The notes: generated by a model not told the origin, from the sequence alone. A stretch of DNA of 64,000 nucleotides from an uncultured Gemmatimonadaceae bacterium (GCA_963740355.1 CAVUDW010000002.1:1184001-1248000), one strand, 5' to 3'; shown: positions 20,049 through 30,972, counted from the first letter of the stretch. Numbers and translations are program-made.

Positions 20049-20462
20049 GTGCAGACATCCGCCCTCCTCTTTCTCCGCGTTTCGCTCGGTGGCCTGATGG
20101 TCTACTGGGGTGTCGACAAGCTGATCAACGTCAAGCACGGCATCGGCGTCGCGGCGAAGTTCTATGGCGGCGTGCCGGTGGCCGAGTCGCTGATGCAGGG
20201 CTTCGGGGTCGCCCAGATCGCGCTCGGTGCCTTGATCATCGCGGGCCTCTACCGCCGCGTAGCATATCCAGCACTCCTGCTCGTGACGGGGACCACGTTG
20301 CTGGCGGTCTGGAAGTCGATCATCGATCCGTTCAAGCTGCTGCTCGATGGCGGGAACCTGATCTTCTACCCGTCGCTCATCATCTTTGCCGGCGCCGTCG
20401 TGCTGTTGGCATTCCGCGAACTCGACGTGCTGTCGATCGATGCGCGGCGACGTCGTGCCTAG
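20049..20462 (+). CDS. DoxX family membrane protein
   Basis: 'LLFLRVSLGGLMVYWGVDKL' and four hydrophobic segments. Confidence 0.8.
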   Translation: MQTSALLFLRVSLGGLMVYWGVDKLINVKHGIGVAAKFYGGVPVAESLMQGFGVAQIALGALIIAGLYRRVAYPALLLVTGTTLLAVWKSIIDPFKLLLDGGNLIFYPSLIIFAGAVVLLAFRELDVLSIDARRRRA

Positions 20463-21421
20463 TGCGCTGCGACCCCTGAACGTGTGAGCTGCGCGGCAAA
20501 GAACCCGAGCACGAGCGCCGAACCGTTCACATCCGGCGTCGGCTTCTGCCCGAACCACCACGTGCTATGGCCGCCGGGCCAGGCATGCGGATGGTCGGGG
20601 ATCGACACGATGCGCACCGCACCGCCAGCGACACAGCCTGTGGCGATGCGTGTCCGCACCTGAACGCGCGGCGGCCGACGTACAACGCTGACATCACGCC
20701 CGGTACAGTGGTTCTCGCGTTCCCAGAAGGCAGCGGCTGAATCGAGCGATGTCGCGTACGGCGGTGCCCCTTCCGCCTTCTGTGTGGCGTGATCCTCTCG
20801 CAGGTCATCATCATCGTCGCCCCGGACCAGCAGCACGCCGATGGGTGCGGTGGCAGTGCACGGTTCATTCGGCATCGCGCCGGCCAGGTCTGCCACAGCC
20901 CGCACCACACCCGCGCGCTGGCACGCCACCTTGAGCGCCAGCATCCCTCCGGCAGAAAAGCCGGCCGCAAAAATTGCCGTGCTGTCGATGCGGCCACTTC
21001 GTACAAGTGCCGCCCGGATGGTGTCGATGAAGGCGATCTCGTCGACGTTGTGCTGCTGGGCCCAGCCGCAACAGGTCCCGACGTTCCACGACAGACCGAT
21101 GCCGTGCACCCGACCACTGCCGTCGGCATACGCGATGGCCATGCCAAGCGAGTCCGCCACCGCATTCATCCGTGAGCTCCGCTGTGCGACGTCGGCGTTG
21201 CCAGTGTGCCCGTGAAACATGAAGACCAACGGCACGCGCCGTGTTGCTGCGGCAGGGGGCAGGTGCAGCAGGAAGGTGCGATTGGTGGTCCCCACACGCA
21301 CTGCATGGAATGTCGTTCGACCTGCGGTGGCGTCGTTCAGCGCGCGCGGTGTTCGCAGCGTGGTGCACCCGGCAAGCGCCGCAACGGTGCACAGCAGTCC
21401 GGCGCCTCGCGCGACCATCAC
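20459..21421 (-). CDS. LpqC/PHB-depolymerase-like alpha/beta-hydrolase esterase, lipoprotein
   Basis: Motifs 'PLVFMFHG', 'SWNVGTCC', nucleophile elbow GFSAGG and 'HAWPG'. Lipobox LAGC. GTG overlaps the mprF TGA. Confidence 0.88.
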   Translation of the reverse strand: MMVARGAGLLCTVAALAGCTTLRTPRALNDATAGRTTFHAVRVGTTNRTFLLHLPPAAATRRVPLVFMFHGHTGNADVAQRSSRMNAVADSLGMAIAYADGSGRVHGIGLSWNVGTCCGWAQQHNVDEIAFIDTIRAALVRSGRIDSTAIFAAGFSAGGMLALKVACQRAGVVRAVADLAGAMPNEPCTATAPIGVLLVRGDDDDDLREDHATQKAEGAPPYATSLDSAAAFWERENHCTGRDVSVVRRPPRVQVRTRIATGCVAGGAVRIVSIPDHPHAWPGGHSTWWFGQKPTPDVNGSALVLGFFAAQLTRSGVAAH

Positions 21422-24165
21422 TTGTGGACCACTCCCGTCACGCCACCGGAGATGAGTGTCGTGACGTTCGCGAGCACACGGGGCAACGCAAAGCCGCCAG
21501 GGGATGCGAGATACCGAGGTACCCACACTGGCGAGAACTTCTCCTTGAACGCGCGCAGTCCCTGGAAATTGTAGAACTGTTCACCGCGGCCGTAGAGGAA
21601 CGCTCCCGCACGCGACCAGAGCGGGGCGAGCTCGGGACGAGCCAGCGTCGGCGACGCGAGCCCGGCCAGCGGTGCCATGCCGAGGTTCGCCATCGAGTAC
21701 CCCTGCTGCTGTCCCCAGAGCAGCAGCTGGATGAACAGGAAGTCCATCACACCGCGTGGCGCATGTGCCGATCGTCGCATCAGGTCTGGCGACACTTCAC
21801 CGCCGGGTGCACCGCACCAGATATTCGCGAACGCCACGATCTCCCGCCCCCCATCACAGGGCGCGTAGACGAGCGCCATCGGGAAGTGCTTCAGGTACGC
21901 CTCATCGAATCGCCCGAGCGAAAACCCCTTCTCGCGCGTCGCCTTGCTGCCCAGCCATTCATCCGAGATGAGACGCAGCGTAGGGAGCAGCGCAGGAACG
22001 GCGCTCGCGGGGACGACCTCGAAGGTCATCCCCGCCTTCTCGGCATCGGTCTGGTTGCGCCGCATCCATCGGTGCGATGCACCACTGAGACTGAAGCTCG
22101 AAAGTGGCACGAACGCCTCCTCGCCGAGCTTGAGCAGGGTCAGCCCCAGGTCGATGTAGAGCGGCAGTCGCTCGGCTCCCACCTGATAGAACACAGGCCA
22201 TGCGCCATGCGAATCCGCCTCGAGCTTGAAGCGCCACGCCGCGTCGGTACCGGCGTCGATCGGGCCGACGGGATCACCCATCGCGATCCAGCTGCGGCCT
22301 GCGACGCCATACATCACAAAGCCCTTGCCGGTGTCGTCGTAGAGCAGCGTCTTGTCACCGAGGAGCGCGAGGGATGCGGTGCTGCTGGGAGACGCCGCAA
22401 CGATCGTGGCGGCATGGGTGATCTCGTCCGGCGTCGGACGAGCGGGTGTGTAGGTGGCGTGGCGCAGCAGTCGTGACAGGCCAACCAGCATCACGGCACC
22501 CACCACACCAGCGGTGGCCCGCAGGAATCGCGGCGCGTTGCCGCGGGCTGCAAACTCCCACCACATCTCCGACGAATAATCCACGTGGCGATAGGCGAAC
22601 AGGCCGATCCAGATGCTGGCGCCCACCACGCCCACGATTCCCGCAATCCATCCCGGTGAGAGCGGCTCGCTCGTCAGCGCCGTCTTGCGGTAGAAGGCAC
22701 CACGCGCCGGCAGGATCACCAACAGCACGGCACCAAGCGCCATCGCTTCCTCGTAGTCGAGCCCCTTGAGCAGCGACGACACGATGCCGACGCACAGCAG
22801 CACGATGGTCAGTCCCCACGCGGCATCGAGCCGGCGACGTAGCGCCCAGCCAAGCACCAGCAGGCCGACACCGACGATGCTCGCGATGAAGTGTGAAAAC
22901 TCCACCAGGCCAAGCGGAAGCACTGCCGTCAGTGTTCGCACTCGCCCGTGCGCCGCCGGTGTCGCACCCGAGAACAGCAGGATCACGCCACCGAGGAATG
23001 TCGAGGTGCCGATCGCGGTTGGCAGCAGCGGTTGCAGCACCTTCATCCACTGCGACACCGCCGAGAGCGTGGCTTGCGTTCGATCGATCAGTGCCGGAAC
23101 ACGCGCCCGCTGGCGTGCCAATTCGAGGAGGAGCAACGTGAGAACGGCGCCGACGAAGGGCACCAGGTAGTACACCGCGCGATACGCGAGCAGCGCGACC
23201 AGCGTTTCCTGCGCCGGAATGAGGGGTTGCAATGCCAGTACCATCAACGTTTCGACCACACCCAGGCCACCGGGCACATGGCTGATCACGCCGATCGTCT
23301 GCGCGAGCACGAACACACCGAGAAACGGCACCCATTCGACATGGTGCCCATTTGGTAGCAGCACGAACAACACCAGGCTCGCCACCGCCCAGTCCACCAG
23401 TGCCAGCACGATCTGCGCGATTGCGGTGCGCAACGTCGGTACCGGGAACTCCCAACCCGCGATGCGGAACGGCGTATCCGTGCGCCGTGCCGCCCACACG
23501 ACGTACACCGTCGTGACCAGCAGCAACGCCACGCCGACCACGCGCGCCAGCGCATCGGGCAGGTGCAGCAACTGCAGCGTCCCCTCCGGCTCGATCAGTA
23601 GTGCCAAGCCGCTTACCGTGATGATGCCGACGGTGAACGTCGCGCTGACCGAGGCGGCGGCGCGTGCCATCTCTTCCGTCGACAATCCCCACGCACTCCA
23701 GAAACGCACACGCACGGCATTGCCGGTGAGCAGCGGGAAGCCGAGCGTCTGGCTGATGCCATACGACAGGGACGACGACAGCAGCACGCGTGCGGGGTTG
23801 ATGCGGGCGCCGATGTAGTCCAATGCGATCAGGTCATAGCCTGACAGCAGGACGTACGCGACCACCGTCAAGGCGAGGGCGCCGGCGACCTGTGATGTCG
23901 GCAGCGCGGCCAGGGCCGTCATCACCTTGTGATAGCCGCTGCCGGCCAGCTCGTTGCGCAGCAGGACCAATGCCAGCGCGAGAATCGCGGTCATGGCGAT
24001 GGCACCGGCCCATGGCTTGTATTTCAGCCAGCGGGATTCACGGGGCTCGTCGAGCGACGTCACGGCGTCGGGCGTGACAGGGGACGGTGGCGTTGCTGCG
24101 CCGGGCATCGAGGGCAAAGCAGTGCGGGGGGAGTCGGTGCCGGGTGCGGTCGTGCCGTCGCGCAT
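21418..24165 (-). CDS. mprF: Bifunctional aminoacyl-phosphatidylglycerol flippase/synthase (MprF/LpiA)
   Basis: Multi-TM N-terminus with 'SHVPGGLGV'. Synthase domain with 'MGDPVG', 'KLGEEA', 'EKGFSLG', 'DLMR' and 'FYNFQGLRAFKEKF'. Confidence 0.95.
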   Translation of the reverse strand: MRDGTTAPGTDSPRTALPSMPGAATPPSPVTPDAVTSLDEPRESRWLKYKPWAGAIAMTAILALALVLLRNELAGSGYHKVMTALAALPTSQVAGALALTVVAYVLLSGYDLIALDYIGARINPARVLLSSSLSYGISQTLGFPLLTGNAVRVRFWSAWGLSTEEMARAAASVSATFTVGIITVSGLALLIEPEGTLQLLHLPDALARVVGVALLLVTTVYVVWAARRTDTPFRIAGWEFPVPTLRTAIAQIVLALVDWAVASLVLFVLLPNGHHVEWVPFLGVFVLAQTIGVISHVPGGLGVVETLMVLALQPLIPAQETLVALLAYRAVYYLVPFVGAVLTLLLLELARQRARVPALIDRTQATLSAVSQWMKVLQPLLPTAIGTSTFLGGVILLFSGATPAAHGRVRTLTAVLPLGLVEFSHFIASIVGVGLLVLGWALRRRLDAAWGLTIVLLCVGIVSSLLKGLDYEEAMALGAVLLVILPARGAFYRKTALTSEPLSPGWIAGIVGVVGASIWIGLFAYRHVDYSSEMWWEFAARGNAPRFLRATAGVVGAVMLVGLSRLLRHATYTPARPTPDEITHAATIVAASPSSTASLALLGDKTLLYDDTGKGFVMYGVAGRSWIAMGDPVGPIDAGTDAAWRFKLEADSHGAWPVFYQVGAERLPLYIDLGLTLLKLGEEAFVPLSSFSLSGASHRWMRRNQTDAEKAGMTFEVVPASAVPALLPTLRLISDEWLGSKATREKGFSLGRFDEAYLKHFPMALVYAPCDGGREIVAFANIWCGAPGGEVSPDLMRRSAHAPRGVMDFLFIQLLLWGQQQGYSMANLGMAPLAGLASPTLARPELAPLWSRAGAFLYGRGEQFYNFQGLRAFKEKFSPVWVPRYLASPGGFALPRVLANVTTLISGGVTGVVHK

Positions 24166-24353
24166 GGGGAGGGCAGAAGGTGAGGATTCGCTGCACGGCA
24201 GCGATTGGTGTTACAACTCCGCAGTTGGCACCGAGGTCCACGCGACCGACGATCTGATGCGACGCCAGCGGTGTACGACCGCGCATCGCACGATCTGCAT
24301 CGACATCCCGTGATGCTTCGACGCGCGCGGCTCCGACAATCAACTGCAAACGA

Positions 24354-25094
24354 ATGCACAACATGCTTCAATCCGGCGATGTCCTGCGGCGGACAGCGCG
24401 CCGTCTGATCGTGATGATAATGAGTTGTCTGTTGCTGGCCGCGCCATCGCACGCGCAGGGCCGACCTGAGTCGCTCGACGACATCCCGCTGACCGAAGTT
24501 CCGGCCGCCAGCGGACAGACGCTGGCGATCTTCTGGAGTGGCGACGGCGGCTGGGCCGCGCTCGCCTCGACGGTGTCCAAGCAACTCGCCGCCAATGGTA
24601 TTGCCGTGGTCGGGATCAACTCGCGCACCTGGCTCGAACATGGCAAGCGCGGACCGGATGACGTGGCGCATGACAGCGAGCGCCTCCTGCGCGCCTATCT
24701 CACGAAGTGGTCACGGTCCCGAATCATCCTCGTTGGGTACTCGCGCGGCGCGGACTTCCTGCCGTTCATCGTGACGCGCCTGCCCGCCGACCTGCGCGAA
24801 CGGGTTGACCTGGTTGCCATGCTGGGCGCTGCGCCCGCCGCCAGCTTCGAGTTCCACCTGCTCGACCTCGTCCGCGACAGTGCACGTCCCACCGACATGC
24901 CGCTGATGCCGGAACTGCAGCGCAGCACGGGCACCCGCTACCTGTGCATGTATGGCACGGCGGAGACGAGCACGCTGTGCCCACAGCTCGACGCGGGCAA
25001 GTACAAGATCGTTGCGCGCACCGGTGATCATCACTTCGATCGCAACTATCCCGAGATCGCCCAGGACATTCTGCGCGCACTTCCATCGCGCTGA
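24354..25094 (+). CDS. AcvB/VirJ family lysyl-phosphatidylglycerol hydrolase (single domain)
   Basis: Motifs 'SGDGGW', 'LVGYSRGAD' and 'GDHHFD'. Signal peptide. Adjacent to mprF. Confidence 0.9.
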   Translation: MHNMLQSGDVLRRTARRLIVMIMSCLLLAAPSHAQGRPESLDDIPLTEVPAASGQTLAIFWSGDGGWAALASTVSKQLAANGIAVVGINSRTWLEHGKRGPDDVAHDSERLLRAYLTKWSRSRIILVGYSRGADFLPFIVTRLPADLRERVDLVAMLGAAPAASFEFHLLDLVRDSARPTDMPLMPELQRSTGTRYLCMYGTAETSTLCPQLDAGKYKIVARTGDHHFDRNYPEIAQDILRALPSR

Positions 25095-25104
25095 CGATCG
25101 AACG

Positions 25105-26250
25105 TCAGGCGCCGATCGGCACCATCGCGGCACGCGCCGCGCGGAGGAACGTCGACACCTTGGGCAGCCCCAGTTCGAGATTGCGTCGCGCATTGGCGTA
25201 TCCGATGCGGACATGTCCTTCCATGTCCATCGCGCTGCCAGGCACGAACATCACGCCGGTCTCCTTCAGCAGGCGAAGGCAGAACTCCACCGACGGCATC
25301 GGCAGGTCGTACTTCACAAGCGCCGTCGTACCCGACTTCGGTGCGACGTACGACAGCCCCGGCTCCGACGTGATCCAGGCATCGAGCAGGGTGAGGTTGT
25401 CGCGAAGGATGGTCCGGTTGCGACGCAGGATCGCATCCCGATGCTCGAGCGCCATCGTGGCAAAGAGATCGTCCAGCATTCCGACACTGATCGTGTTGTA
25501 GTGCCGGTGCACCGTCACCTGCTTGAGGAATTCAGCTGGCCCGACGATCCACCCCAGGCGCAACCCAGCCAGTGAATACGCTTTCGACATGCTGCCAGTG
25601 CTGATGCCCTTGTCGTACAGGTCCGCAATCGATGCCGTGAATCCCGTGCCATTGAGATCGATACCGCGGTACACCTCGTCGCTCAGGATCCAGGCCCCGG
25701 TCGGCTCGACCAGCTTCACGATCGCCGCCAGCATTGCCTGATCCATCAACGACCCTGTGGGGTTGTTCGGGTTGCTGAACACCACCATCCGGGTCTGCGG
25801 CGTGAGCATGGCGCGCAGGACCTCGAGATTCGGCAGGTAGCGGTCTTCCTCGCGCAGATGCAGCAATTCCACGCGCGCGCCAAAACTTTCTGGAATCGAG
25901 TAGTGCTGCTGATAGGCGGGCACCAGCGAGATGATGTGGTCGCCTGGCCGCACCAGCGTCTCGTAGACGAGCGCATTGGCACCAGCGGCGCCGTGTGTGA
26001 TCGTCACGTTCTCGCGCCGCTGGCCAGAGAAGAGTGAGGCCACCTGGTCGCGCAGCCCTGCCGAACCCTCGATGGCCCCGTACGTGAGCTTGAGGCCACG
26101 CAGCTCGTCGAGAATCGTGTCACTCCGCCCTGCCATCGCCAGCAGCTCGTGCATGTGCAACGAGTCGACGCAGGTCTCGGCGAGATTGAACTCGCAATGA
26201 TCCTCATGCGTGTCCATCCAGCGCTCGACGCCAAACTCACGAATGTCCAT
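25105..26250 (-). CDS. PLP-dependent class I/II aminotransferase
   Basis: 'NPNNPTG', 'SDEVYRG' and PLP-lysine motif 'SMSKAYSLAGLRLGW'. Confidence 0.92.
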   Translation of the reverse strand: MDIREFGVERWMDTHEDHCEFNLAETCVDSLHMHELLAMAGRSDTILDELRGLKLTYGAIEGSAGLRDQVASLFSGQRRENVTITHGAAGANALVYETLVRPGDHIISLVPAYQQHYSIPESFGARVELLHLREEDRYLPNLEVLRAMLTPQTRMVVFSNPNNPTGSLMDQAMLAAIVKLVEPTGAWILSDEVYRGIDLNGTGFTASIADLYDKGISTGSMSKAYSLAGLRLGWIVGPAEFLKQVTVHRHYNTISVGMLDDLFATMALEHRDAILRRNRTILRDNLTLLDAWITSEPGLSYVAPKSGTTALVKYDLPMPSVEFCLRLLKETGVMFVPGSAMDMEGHVRIGYANARRNLELGLPKVSTFLRAARAAMVPIGA

Positions 26251-26289
26251 CGGCCGTGTTCCCGTTGGTGGAAGGTGCGTGGTCCAGCG

Positions 26290-27246
26290 CTATGCGGCGC
26301 CCTGCGTCGCCAGGTCGAGCAGTGCCTTCGCCATCGCGACATCTTCCAGGCCGAGGCCGATGGAGCGGAAGAAGGTGTGTGTATCGGGCGTCGGCGTCGG
26401 CGCACGACCGGTGACGACCTCACCGAGATCACCCACGATATCACTCGACGTCCATCCTTCCTCGGCGGTGGCGAGCACCATCTCGCCCGCCACCAGCGGC
26501 GTGCCGTTGCGGTCATCGCAGTACACGTCCATCGAGTGCAGCGACACCGGCGGGACTTCATGTGCGAGAGTGGCGTTCGTGCTCACCGACGTGATCAGCG
26601 CGCGCTTGGTGAGGTAGGTCGGGTCGAGCACCGTCGTCGCTGACGATGTGCAGAGCATCACCACGTCAGCGCCATCCACGGCTTCCTCGATCGTGCCGCA
26701 GAGCATCACGCGCGGGTCCAGCGCGTGCAACGGCTCGTGGGCATCCAGCGTCCGCATCAACTTCCGCGAGAACATGCGGATCTCGCCCCAGTCGCGCAGC
26801 GCTCGCACGTGGCGCAGGTGTGCCTGTGCAATCGGGCCGGTGCCGATGATCGCAAGTCGTCGCGCCTGCAACGATGACAGGCTGCGCACCGCCAGCGCGG
26901 TCGTGGCGGCGGTCCGTTCGATGGTGAGCTGCGTCGAGTCGACCAGCATCAGCGGGCGACCCGTCTCCATCGACATCAACGTGGTCCAGGCGGTGACCAG
27001 CGCACCGCCCGGTCGGGTGATGTACGGCGAGAGCTTGGCGCCGAACACCTGCGATTCCTCGAGCACGCCAAGGTAGGTGATGAAGTCGCCGCCCCCGCCG
27101 GGGAAGAGGGCCAGCGTCTGCGGTGGCTGTGTCGCCTTCCCATCGCCCAACGCCACGAACAGGCGGCGCATCACCTCGAGCACATCGAGTCGCCCGATCA
27201 GGCGTGCCACTTCGTCGGCCTCCATTATCCGGACCTGCTCGCTCAT
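26290..27246 (-). CDS. Ornithine cyclodeaminase/mu-crystallin family; resembles P. aeruginosa DauB (anabolic L-arginine dehydrogenase)
   Basis: Motifs 'GDFITYLGVL', 'SPYI...LVTAWT.LMSMETG.PL', 'RTAATTA', 'LCTSS', 'STNA..AHEVP' and 'FFRSIGLGLEDVA' match my recollection of DauB. Confidence 0.85.
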   Translation of the reverse strand: MSEQVRIMEADEVARLIGRLDVLEVMRRLFVALGDGKATQPPQTLALFPGGGGDFITYLGVLEESQVFGAKLSPYITRPGGALVTAWTTLMSMETGRPLMLVDSTQLTIERTAATTALAVRSLSSLQARRLAIIGTGPIAQAHLRHVRALRDWGEIRMFSRKLMRTLDAHEPLHALDPRVMLCGTIEEAVDGADVVMLCTSSATTVLDPTYLTKRALITSVSTNATLAHEVPPVSLHSMDVYCDDRNGTPLVAGEMVLATAEEGWTSSDIVGDLGEVVTGRAPTPTPDTHTFFRSIGLGLEDVAMAKALLDLATQGAA

Positions 27247-27378
27247 CACCGACTCCGTGCGCACCGTGGCGCATGCTGGGGGCAGCCCGCCGCGAAATGC
27301 GAGCAGGGACTGTGGCGGGGAATCTAGAAGGGAGCACCTCAGGCTCATCGTGACCCATCAGGGTCCGCGTCGCCGTGT

Positions 27379-28731
27379 TTGGTGGCATCATTCCTCTCAT
27401 GCGCCTCCCGATCTCTCGCCCTGCTCGGCCTCACCTGTGCCCCGTTGCTGGCCGCCCAGGCGCCCAACACCCCGCCACTCCCGGCTGGTGTCACCCGTGA
27501 CCTTGCAGCGCGGGTGGTGGCGGTGACGCCCAAGGTGGTGGCATGGCGTCGCGACCTGCACGCCAACCCGGAACTGAGCGGCCTCGAGACGCGCACGGCA
27601 GGTGTGGTGGCGGCGCACCTCAAGGCGCTTGGCCTCGAGGTGAAAACAGATGTTGGCGGCGCGCACGGCGTGATCGCGATCCTGCGTGGCGGTCGCCCCG
27701 GTCCCGCCGTCGCGCTGCGGGCCGACATGGATGCGCTGCCGGTGACGGAACAGACCGGCCTCCCGTTCGCCTCGAAGGTCACCACGCAGTACAACGGCCA
27801 GACGGTCGGTGTGATGCATGCCTGTGGGCATGACGCACACACGGCGATCCTGATGGGTGTGGCCGAAGTGCTGGCAGGGATGCGGGCAACGCTTCCCGGC
27901 ACTGTGACCTTCCTCTTTCAGCCGGACGAAGAGGGGAATGGCGGGGCACAGCGGATGCTCGACGCGGGGGCCTTCGACTCGCCGCGTGTCGAGGTGGTGT
28001 ATGGACTGCACACCTGGCCCGGCCCCATCGGCACCATCTCCACGCGCAGCGGCGGCATGATGGCCAGCATCGATTCGTGGCGCGTGGTGGTGCATGGCAA
28101 GCAGGCGCACGGTGCGCAGCCATGGCGCAGCGTCGACCCGATCGTGGTCGGCTCGCAGATCGTCAACGACTTGCAGACCATCGTCAGCCGCAACGTCGAC
28201 CTGACGGCAGGACCCGCCGTCGTGACGGTCGGCATCTTCAATGGCGGCGTGCGCGAGAACATCATCCCCGACAGTGCCGTGATGTCCGGCACCTATCGCA
28301 CCTTCAACGCCACCGCGCGTGAAACGGTGAAGCGACAGATTGCGAACATCGCCACCAGCATCGCCACGGCGGGTGGCGCGACGGCGACCGTGACACTCAC
28401 CGATGATGGCTATCCGGCCACCGTGAACGATCCGCGCTGGTTCGGTCGGTCGACCAATGTGCTCCGCAACACACTCGGCGCTGCCAACGTGCTGGAGAGT
28501 GCGCCGTCGATGCCGGGCGAGGACTTCTCGGTCTTGCTGCAGCGCGTACCGGGGCTTTTCATCTTTCTCGGCGTGACGCCCCGCGGAGTGGATCCCAGCA
28601 CAGTGCCGGCGAACCACTCACCACTGTTCGTGGTTGACGAGCGTGCACTTCCCACCGGGATCACGGCCCTGTCGAGCCTCACGCTCGACGCGCTGTTGAA
28701 CGGTGTTCCGAAGCTTGCACCCACGCCATGA
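27379..28731 (+). CDS. M20D amidohydrolase; true start is probably ATG 27399 with a 1-nt insertion near 27414
   Basis: Motifs 'RRDLHANPELS', 'ALRADMDALP', 'MHACGHDAH', 'FQPDEEG' and 'GEDFS'. Deleting one T gives the clean leader MRLPILALLGLTCAPLLAA. Confidence 0.92.
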   Translation: MVASFLSCASRSLALLGLTCAPLLAAQAPNTPPLPAGVTRDLAARVVAVTPKVVAWRRDLHANPELSGLETRTAGVVAAHLKALGLEVKTDVGGAHGVIAILRGGRPGPAVALRADMDALPVTEQTGLPFASKVTTQYNGQTVGVMHACGHDAHTAILMGVAEVLAGMRATLPGTVTFLFQPDEEGNGGAQRMLDAGAFDSPRVEVVYGLHTWPGPIGTISTRSGGMMASIDSWRVVVHGKQAHGAQPWRSVDPIVVGSQIVNDLQTIVSRNVDLTAGPAVVTVGIFNGGVRENIIPDSAVMSGTYRTFNATARETVKRQIANIATSIATAGGATATVTLTDDGYPATVNDPRWFGRSTNVLRNTLGAANVLESAPSMPGEDFSVLLQRVPGLFIFLGVTPRGVDPSTVPANHSPLFVVDERALPTGITALSSLTLDALLNGVPKLAPTP

Positions 28732-28794
28732 CGCACCTGGCAATTGCAGTGGTTCACTCATGCAACGTCTCCCTCGCTCTCCCGTGATCCCGTC

Positions 28795-30410
28795 ATGACG
28801 TATTCGCCACGCCAGCTGATCGCTGCATTGCTGCTGCTTGCCGCCTGCCAGGCGCCATCATCCCGCCCTGCGGTCGCAGTCGCGCCCGCTGCTGCGTACA
28901 ACGAGCCGCACCGACCTTCATATCACTTCACGCCGGCCGCGAAGTGGATGAATGACCCCAACGGCATGGTGTTCTATGAAGGGGAGTACCACCTCTTCTA
29001 CCAGTTCTATCCAGACAGCACCGTCTGGGGCCCGATGCACTGGGGGCACGCAGTCAGCACGGATCTGGTGCACTGGCAACATCTTCCCATCGCACTCTAT
29101 CCAGATTCGCTGGGCCTGATCTTCTCCGGGAGTGCGGTCATCGACTGGAAGAACACCAGTGGATTCGGCGTCGGGGGCAAGCCACCGATGGTCGCGATGT
29201 TCACCTACCACGACATGGCGCGCGAAAAGGGTGGCGCGGCAACCTGGCAGACGCAGGGCATTGCGTACAGCAATGATCGCGGCCGCACCTGGACGAAGTA
29301 CAAAGGCAATCCCGTCATTCCCAATCCCGGACTGCGCGACTTCCGCGACACGAAGGTCATCTGGCACGAGGCCTCACAGCGCTGGATCATGGTGCTGGCC
29401 GCGGGTGATCGGCTGCGCCTGTACGCGTCCGAGAACCTGCGCGAGTGGCAGCAGGTGAGTGAATTCGGCGCCAACCTTGGTGCACATGGCGGCGTGTGGG
29501 AGTGCCCGGATCTGTTCCCGCTGAAGGTCGAGGGCACCGGCGAAACGAAGTGGGTGCTGCTGGTGAGCATCAATCCTGGCGGCCCGAATGGCGGGTCGGC
29601 CACGCAGTACTTCGTCGGCAACTTCGATGGCTCGACCTTCACGCTCGATCCCGCGTTCGCCCCGTCCGTTGGCGCGGCCGGCAAGGAGCCGTCGCGCGGG
29701 GTGTGGATCGACCACGGGCGTGACAACTACGCTGGCGTCACCTGGTCCGACATACCAGCGGAGGATGGGCGCCGCATCTTCATCGGCTGGATGAGCAACT
29801 GGGACTACGCGACCGTGGTGCCGACTGAAGTGTGGCGCAGTGCCATGACGATTCCACGCACACTGACGCTGCATCGCACGGCGGCCGGCCCGCGACTCTT
29901 CTCGACGCCCGTGAATGAGATGCGCCTGCTGCGTGGCGAGACCGTGACGATTCCTGGCCGACGGTTCGACGGCGCACTACCCCTGCGCTTGCCCAATGGT
30001 GCAACCGCTGCGGCCGCAGAAGTCGACCTCGAGTTTCTGGTGCCGCCGGGAACGACGCCGAATCTGGCGCTGGAACTCACCAATGCCGCTGGGGAGGTCT
30101 ATCGCGTCGGCTACGATGCGGCGGCCAAGCAGTTCTTCAGCGATCGCACGTCAACGCCGCATAGCTTTCTCGCCGACGTTCGCGACCACCGTGCACCACG
30201 CGCCACGAATTGCGCACTGACTCGATCGTGCGGATGCATGTGTATCTCGATCGTGCGTCGATGGAGCTGTTTGCCGACGGTGGCGCGACCGCACTGACCG
30301 ACATCGTCTTCCCAACGCAGGACTTCGCAACGATGCGCCTCGTCGTGAAGGGCGCGCCGGTATCGCTGAAGTACGCCACCATTTCTGGCCTCAGGTCGAG
30401 CTGGCGGTGA
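28795..30410 (+). CDS. GH32 levanase/beta-fructosidase lipoprotein; two +1 indels near 30166 and 30214
   Basis: Catalytic motifs WMNDPNG, FSGS, FRD and WECPD. The C-terminal sandwich continues over two frame changes (HSFSPTF...HAPRIA, then TDSIVRMHVYLDRASMELFADGG). Lipobox LAAC. Confidence 0.9.
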
Positions 30411-30972
30411 AGACGCGACCCTGCGGCGTTGCCTCCACGCTGCCATCGTCTCGCTGGTTCTGGCGCCGCCGAACGCGTGGGCGCAGTCGGGACAGCGGTT
30501 CCCCGAGAGCTGGAGCGGACGCTGGACGGGGACACTCGTCACGTACTCGCCGCCGGATTCCGTCCGGAATCGGATTCCGATCACGCTCGAGATTGCGCGT
30601 GAAGGTGGCGGTAGTGGCTATCTCTGGCGTACCGTCTTCAATGCCGATACTGTGCGCGGGCTACGCCCATATCGCCTGATAGTGGAGGATGTCGCGAAGG
30701 GGCACTACGCCACCGATGAGGGCAAGGGTGTACTGCTCGACGAGACCTATATCGCCGGTGTCCTGACGAGTGTGTTCCAGGTGCAGACGCGCGTGCTCGA
30801 GAGCCGCTACACGCTCCGTGGTGACACTCTCACACACGAGCTGACCTGGTGGGACGCCGCGCCGTCGAGATCGGTGAAGGGCAGTGGTGCGAACGCCGAG
30901 GGCGGCGCGGAGATTCGCTCGTTCCGCGTGCAGGGGATGCAGCGCAGTGTGATGGTTCGACAGCGGGACTGA
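30407..30972 (+). CDS. Secreted hypothetical protein of about 185 aa, longer than the ORF-track call; start probably GTG 30407 with a frameshift before 30421
   Basis: The frame of the 30652 ORF is open upstream and reads LRRCLHAAIVSLVLAPPNAWAQSGQRFPESWSGRWTGTL..., a signal peptide. GTG 30407 overlaps the GH32 stop (GTGA) but is out of frame. Confidence 0.6.
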
